DNA from: an uncultured Thermoanaerobaculia bacterium
GTDB taxonomy: Bacteria; Acidobacteriota; Thermoanaerobaculia; Thermoanaerobaculales; Sulfomarinibacteraceae
Reading direction: 5' to 3'
Assembly: GCA_964609835.1 (NCBI GenBank)
Contig: CAZSTH010000003.1
Span: 10,101-74,100, forward strand
Length of the DNA: 64,000 nt
Positions within the stretch are counted from its first letter, which is position 1. Every line of letters starts with the position of its first letter. The translations under genes were made by a program, and so were the position numbers. The notes beneath the pieces are model-generated. The model made no database searches, was not told the DNA's origin, and saw only the letters and a list, made by a program, of their open reading frames with translations. Below are positions 59,822-64,000 of the stretch, piece after piece.

Positions 59822-60460
59822 TCAGCCGTCGAGAAGATCGGGCTGGACCTGGTGGAAGAACATCACCACCACTGCGGTCAGCAGGCCCTCCAGCACCGCC
59901 AGCGGCAGGTGGCCGGCGACCAGCACGGCGAGGCCGGTACCGCGCAGCGACGGGTCGATCTCGGGCGGGACCGTGGCGACCAGCAGCAGCGAGAAACCGA
60001 CCGCCGCCAGCACGATGCCACCGGTGCCGGCGGCGAAGCCGAGCACCGATGCCCACGCCCGGCTCGACCCCCACAGCGGACGGGCCGACCGGAACATGGC
60101 CCCCATCAGCAGCGCCGGGATCCCCATGATGCTTGCGTTGGCTCCGAGGGTGGTGAGCCCGCCGTGCTGGAACATGACGGCCTGGAAGAAGAGGCCGATG
60201 GCGATGGCGAGGAAGGCGAATGGCCCGAGCACGACGCCGAGGAGTCCGTTGAGCACAAGGTGGACGCTGGCCGGCGGCAGGGGAATGTGAATCCACGATG
60301 CGACGAAAAACGCCGCGGTGAAGATCGACGCGCGGGGGATCGCGCGGTGCGGATCGGGCCGCCGCTTGATGGCCGCCAGCGACCCGGCGCCGGTCGCGAT
60401 CGCCGCACCGTAACCCGCGAGGCAGGCGCCTGCGGGCAGGATGCCGTCCGGAATGTGCAT
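59822..60460 (-). CDS. cbiM: Ni/Co transporter substrate-capture component
   Basis: Canonical N-terminus MHIPDGIL. Seven-TM pattern. The ATG shares one nt with the upstream gene's stop. Confidence 0.85.
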   Translation of the reverse strand: MHIPDGILPAGACLAGYGAAIATGAGSLAAIKRRPDPHRAIPRASIFTAAFFVASWIHIPLPPASVHLVLNGLLGVVLGPFAFLAIAIGLFFQAVMFQHGGLTTLGANASIMGIPALLMGAMFRSARPLWGSSRAWASVLGFAAGTGGIVLAAVGFSLLLVATVPPEIDPSLRGTGLAVLVAGHLPLAVLEGLLTAVVVMFFHQVQPDLLDG

Positions 60461-60963
60461 CAGCCGCTGCGGCGCGAGAAGAAGAGGGCGGTGCCGACAA
60501 GGCCCCAGATCACGCACGCCCCCATGAGCACGCGCTGCAGGGTCGAGAGGTGGGGCGCCGACGATGCCTCGGCACGGACCTCGGACCGGGCGGGAGCTCC
60601 GGCGCCATCGCCTCCCGGTGGCGGCAAGGCGATGGTGACGACGCCGGCGTGCCCGCGGTCGGTGACCCGGACCGTCCACTCGCCGCCCTTCCCTGGTGGC
60701 GGTTCGAAGCTGAACGATCCGTCGTCCGCGCAGGCGCCGGTGAGCCAGGGTTCGTCGCCCGATCCCGGAGCGTAGACCGCGGCGCGCGCAGCCGCCATCG
60801 GGCGGCCCGAGTGGTAGCTGGCGCGGACCTCGACCCGACGTTCGACCCGGACCTCTTCCACAACGGTGGCGCCGACGGTGACGCCGTGTGCCTGCGACAC
60901 GGCCGGCGCGGCAACGGCCGCCGCGGCGGCGAGGCTCGCGAAGATCGAGAGTGAGCGCATCAT
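60460..60963 (-). CDS. secreted beta-sandwich protein with C-terminal TM anchor, first gene of the cbiMQO operon (occupies the CbiN/NikK/NikL accessory position)
   Basis: Signal peptide MMRSLSIFASLAAAAAVAAPAVSQAHG. GGAGG RBS. C-terminal TM LMGACVIWGLVGTALFF. Not a canonical CbiN. Confidence 0.65.
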   Translation of the reverse strand: MMRSLSIFASLAAAAAVAAPAVSQAHGVTVGATVVEEVRVERRVEVRASYHSGRPMAAARAAVYAPGSGDEPWLTGACADDGSFSFEPPPGKGGEWTVRVTDRGHAGVVTIALPPPGGDGAGAPARSEVRAEASSAPHLSTLQRVLMGACVIWGLVGTALFFSRRSG

Positions 60964-61053
60964 CGGCAGTACCTCCGGCGCCATCGTAGCGCGCCCGGCC
61001 GCCACGGCGCCCTCGCCAGGATCAACCCACCGCGTAGGCGCCACGTAGGTGCC

Positions 61054-61075
61054 ACGTTCACCATTGTTGCATTGT
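61054..61075 (+). repeat. 22-bp exact repeat, copy 2 (ACGTTCACCATTGTTGCATTGT)
   Basis: Identical to 27772-27793. Preceded by the tandem GTAGGCGCCAC GTAGGTGCCAC. Lies about 90 nt upstream of the cbiM-operon start (opposite strand sense). Confidence 0.9.
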
Positions 61076-61265
61076 GGTTTTCGGTTTGCTGATTCGGCGG
61101 CCGAGGTCGTCAATGCGACTGCGGAACTCCTGGTCGTCACGATGGAGACGGAGGCCCGGGTCGAGCCAGCGGGTCAAGGATGAACCGTTTTTCCCGACAA
61201 GTTTCGCGATGGTGAGTGGAGCCTGGCACTGCTCACTGTTCGAAGGGCACCGGTCACACGTCCGG

Positions 61266-61484
61266 TCACCCCAGGAGGATGATCAGCAGGATGCCGCCCA
61301 TGAACAGGGCGACGGCCGCGAGGAGCCCCCAGGTGAAGGCCTTGCCGCGGGTTCGAAAGGCGCTGTAGTAGCCGAGCTTGGGTCCCCTGGTCAGCAGCTC
61401 CCAGTTGGTGGGCTCGAGGTCGAGCGGGTTGTCGACGCGGCCGAGATCGCGGCCGTGGCGATCGGGAGGGTCGTCGCTGCCCAC
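61266..61484 (-). CDS. possible small tail-anchored membrane protein downstream of cls
   Basis: High-GC3 frame ending ...GKAFTWGLLAAVALFMGGILLIILLG. Only a GTG start with a poorly spaced RBS, so this call is weak. Confidence 0.3.
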   Translation of the reverse strand: MGSDDPPDRHGRDLGRVDNPLDLEPTNWELLTRGPKLGYYSAFRTRGKAFTWGLLAAVALFMGGILLIILLG

Positions 61485-61516
61485 TCCTCTATCGTACCGC
61501 CACCAGAGGCCTGCCT

Positions 61517-62929
61517 TCAAAGGTACGGAGTCAACAGCCAGGCGAGACTGTCGCGGAGGCGGATCGGCAGAGGGCGCGAGTCGACCTCTTCGAGGGTGAC
61601 CTCGCGGGAGCGGTCGCGGACGGCGTCGAAATGGTCGTGGATGACGGCGGCGAAGTCGCGGTCGTAGACCTCGACCTGGAGCTCGAAGTTGAGGCGCAGG
61701 CTGCGGTGGTCCATGTTGGCGGAGCCGATCTGCACGTAGTGCCGGTCGACCATGACCAGCTTGGTGTGGACGAAGGGCGGCGGCTGCTCGTAGACGCGCA
61801 CGCCGCGTTCCAGCAGCTCCCACAGCATGTTGCGACTCGCCCAATGGACGAGGGGGAGGTTGTTCGTGCCTGGGATGACCACCGTGACATCGACGCCGCG
61901 CAGAGCGGCGCCCTTGAGCGCTCCCACCAGCTCGCGCGGCGGCACGAAGTAGGGGGTCATGATGGCCACCTGCTTGCGTGCAGACGCCACGGCTGCCAGC
62001 AGCACACTGAGGAGCTTGTCGAGGTCCTCGTCGGGGCCCTCGACCAGGGCCCGGCAGACCGCGCCGCCGGCCCGGCTGCCGCCGGCCGGGTAGTGATCGA
62101 CCTGTTGCCGTTTCATGAACGCCCAGCCGTCGAGGAAAACCTGCTGCAGCTGTGCGACCACCGGCCCCTCGAGCCGGAAGTGCGCGTCCACGACGCGGTC
62201 AGGGTTGTGGTTGCGGTCGGCGAGGTGGCGGTCGCCGATGTTGATGCCGCCGGTGAAGGCGACCTCGCCGTCGGCGACCAGGATCTTGCGGTGGTTGCGG
62301 AGGTTGATCCGCAGGGTCGGCGGCAACAGCCGCGGCGGCAGGAAGCAGGCGACCTCGACTCCGCGTCGGGCCAGCAGCCTGCCGGCGGGCGGCCGCGAGT
62401 AGTGCTGGCCGATGCCGTCGATCACGACCCGGACGTCGACGCCGCGGTTACCGGCGCGCTCGAGGGCGTCGATGAAGTCGAGCCCGCTGCGGTCGGTCTG
62501 GAGGATGTAGGTGGAGAGGAAGACGTGGCTGGTGGCTTCGTCGATCGCTGCCAGCATTGCCGGATAGGCTTGTTCGCCGTTGTGGAGGATCGAGACCGAG
62601 TTACCGGTGGTGAGCTCGAAACGGGAAACCGCGTCGCCGATGCCGGCGAGCTCGGAGAACTCGCGCGGCAGATGATCCCTGCGGGCGTCGGGGCGGCGCT
62701 CGCCGTCGGCTCCGCTGCCGGGCATGGGCATCCTCTGCGCGCGGGTCCGGATGCGGTTGACGCCGAACGCGTAGTAGAGGAGCGGGCCCAGGACGGGCAC
62801 GGTCAGCGAGATGACGATCCAGCCGAGGGCGGCGCGCGGGTCACGCTTCCACAGAAGGGCGTGGCCGGCGGCGGCGATTGCGGCCGCGATCGCCGCCGGG
62901 ATCAGCAGCCACACCAGCGCCGTGTACAT
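61517..62929 (-). CDS. cls: cardiolipin synthase
   Basis: Two N-terminal TMs. Two HKD motifs (HRKILVADGEVAFTGGINIGD and HTKLVMVDRHYVQIGSANMD). ATG at 62929. Confidence 0.9.
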   Translation of the reverse strand: MYTALVWLLIPAAIAAAIAAAGHALLWKRDPRAALGWIVISLTVPVLGPLLYYAFGVNRIRTRAQRMPMPGSGADGERRPDARRDHLPREFSELAGIGDAVSRFELTTGNSVSILHNGEQAYPAMLAAIDEATSHVFLSTYILQTDRSGLDFIDALERAGNRGVDVRVVIDGIGQHYSRPPAGRLLARRGVEVACFLPPRLLPPTLRINLRNHRKILVADGEVAFTGGINIGDRHLADRNHNPDRVVDAHFRLEGPVVAQLQQVFLDGWAFMKRQQVDHYPAGGSRAGGAVCRALVEGPDEDLDKLLSVLLAAVASARKQVAIMTPYFVPPRELVGALKGAALRGVDVTVVIPGTNNLPLVHWASRNMLWELLERGVRVYEQPPPFVHTKLVMVDRHYVQIGSANMDHRSLRLNFELQVEVYDRDFAAVIHDHFDAVRDRSREVTLEEVDSRPLPIRLRDSLAWLLTPYL

Positions 62930-62942
62930 GACGCGATCATAG

Positions 62943-63117
62943 CCCGTACTTCTCACCACCCCGCTGCTGCGGCCCGCGACATGCCGCAATCTGCGGTGTT
63001 TCCTCGCCTCGGGAAGCTCGACGTACTGTCTATTACGCCTCCGTGCCCCTCGGGTCGAGAACGCCACATCTCACGACATCCCACGGGTGTCGCGACGCGG
63101 GGGGTGAGAAGTACGGG
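62943..63117. mobile_element. MITE-like element, copy 2 (175 bp, perfect 15-bp terminal inverted repeats)
   Basis: CCCGTACTTCTCACC (62943-57) and GGTGAGAAGTACGGG (63103-17). Flanks ATAG / ACAG. Begins 14 nt upstream of the cls start codon. Confidence 0.75.
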
Positions 63118-63344
63118 ACAGCGCCAGATCGCGAATCGGCTTCGGGATCGGGATCAGTTTTTCTTTCGGCGCGGCCTGACGGCGGCGCGCAGTCCTCGTG
63201 GCGTACCCGTTCGGGTTACCGGGTGGGTGGGTGCAAGCGCGAAGGCGGCCTCTCCGCTCGGCGCGCGAGACGCGTGCCCCACGAACGGGGCACACCGCAG
63301 AGGAATCTGCCGCCGCAACACCTGACGTTGGGGCCGCGCGGGGC

Positions 63345-64000
63345 TCAGGAAATGGTGCGGATCTCGGCGATCGAGACCCCGAAGGCGTCCGACAGGATGC
63401 GCTCGAGCTGGACCCGGCCGTTGCCGGCGAACCTGAGGAACCGGACGCCGATCCCGTCGATGCCGTCGAAGTCGGGGTGGGCCTGGCGCACCACTGCGGC
63501 GGTGGCGGTGATGGGCTCCGCCTCCTGACCGATGTCGATGGACACCGCCACGTGCTGGCCTGGCACGAGGTCGGCGTCGGTCTCGACCAGCACGCCGGAG
63601 AGCGACATGTTGACGACGGCGCCGAGCGTTTCCTCGCTGCCGTCGGCGAGCTCCACGAGCAGCCGGGTGCCGAGGCGGAGGGTGGCGCGCGGTGCGATGT
63701 TCAACAGGGCGGCTACCTGCTCTGCGATGAGCCGTGACGGATCGGTGGCCAACATGACGCGGTTGACGCCGCGGCCGATCAGCCCGCGCGCTCGATCCTC
63801 ACTGCCGGGCTGGGCGAGGACCAGCAGCGAGCCCTTGCGGGACGCCGACGACGGGGCGCGGATGAGCTCGACGACCTCCTCGAGGCGCATCTCCCGCGGC
63901 TCGGCGTCGAGAATCACCAGATCGACCGGATCGTCGTGGGCGAAACGGGTCGCATCCTCGGCGGACGTCACCTGCACGATCTCCAGCTTCTGGCGATCGA
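63345..64000 (-). CDS. receiver-like domain plus PilZ domain protein (5' end outside the window)
   Basis: REC-like VDLVILDAEP... C-terminal PilZ motifs (RATLRLGTRL ... NMSLSGVLVE). The frame is open to the window edge. Confidence 0.7.
   Translation of the reverse strand, partial: DRQKLEIVQVTSAEDATRFAHDDPVDLVILDAEPREMRLEEVVELIRAPSSASRKGSLLVLAQPGSEDRARGLIGRGVNRVMLATDPSRLIAEQVAALLNIAPRATLRLGTRLLVELADGSEETLGAVVNMSLSGVLVETDADLVPGQHVAVSIDIGQEAEPITATAAVVRQAHPDFDGIDGIGVRFLRFAGNGRVQLERILSDAFGVSIAEIRTIS

Noticed and set aside
60964-61265. Possible cobalamin riboswitch in the leader of the cbiM operon (GGGAA...GGTT.ATCC, CCCGC and CCAGGAG resembling B12-box pieces).
   Set aside because: The pieces are short. 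The helices that should flank them (the P4/P6-type pairings around GGTGAAATCC and the B12 box) do not base-pair in this sequence. I keep it only as something to test with Infernal, not as a feature.

Overview
This is a 64-kb stretch of a very GC-rich bacterial chromosome. Third codon positions are overwhelmingly G/C, so the six-frame track is full of long antisense shadow ORFs. I cannot assign a phylum; the gene content fits Acidobacteriota, Gemmatimonadota or Myxococcota. All family calls come from reading motifs by eye, not from database searches. I support about 60 coding regions, no rRNA, tRNA or CRISPR, and several mobile-element scars and repeat families.

Layout, left to right:
- (1) An FHA-RDD membrane protein with a coupled membrane protein.
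- (2) An IS21-type scar next to an orphan octaheme HAO-like cytochrome c.
- (3) Housekeeping-type genes: an SDR and a large TPR membrane protein carrying an odd in-frame 132-bp insertion.
- (4) A divergent four-gene racemase / GNAT / M20 amidohydrolase / alanine racemase module.
- (5) An octaheme cytochrome c fused to an FdnI/HydC-type dihaem cytochrome b (CbcL-like).
- (6) A zeaxanthin-type carotenoid cluster (crtE, crtZ, crtB, crtI, crtY) with an embedded ABC-2 exporter and a thioredoxin-fold gene coupled to crtY.
- (7) apaH and sixA.
- (8) An accessory segment of about 13 kb. It starts at an internally deleted IS256-family element and a yefM-yoeB module and is bounded by 32-bp imperfect direct repeats. 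It carries a zinc-economy gene set: zur-znuACB plus a DUF318/DUF1980 permease pair, and a divergent COG0523 GTPase / flavoprotein / DUF2946-like / TonB-dependent receptor operon. It also holds an NTF2-like lipoprotein and an unannotated 57-codon Cys-rich ORF with its own promoter and RBS.
- (9) A beta-CASP MBL hydrolase, then a padR / ABC / FtsX / alpha-beta hydrolase operon.
- (10) An unusual NifX-like / Cys-His linker / SlyD-type FKBP fusion next to a PP2C phosphatase and a TolB-propeller Ser/Thr kinase, with a repeat-rich spacer between them.
- (11) DUF885, DUF1810, DUF4388, a solute-binding protein and a Dabb protein.
- (12) A cbiMQO-type Ni/Co importer with a non-canonical accessory gene.
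- (13) Cardiolipin synthase, preceded by one of two copies of a 175-bp MITE-like element.
- (14) A partial REC-PilZ gene at the right edge.

The most interesting items are the repeat-bounded Zn island and its hidden Cys-rich ORF, the Zur-linked COG0523/flavoprotein/DUF2946/TBDR operon, the NifX-SlyD fusion, the CbcL-like fusion cytochrome and the new MITE family.
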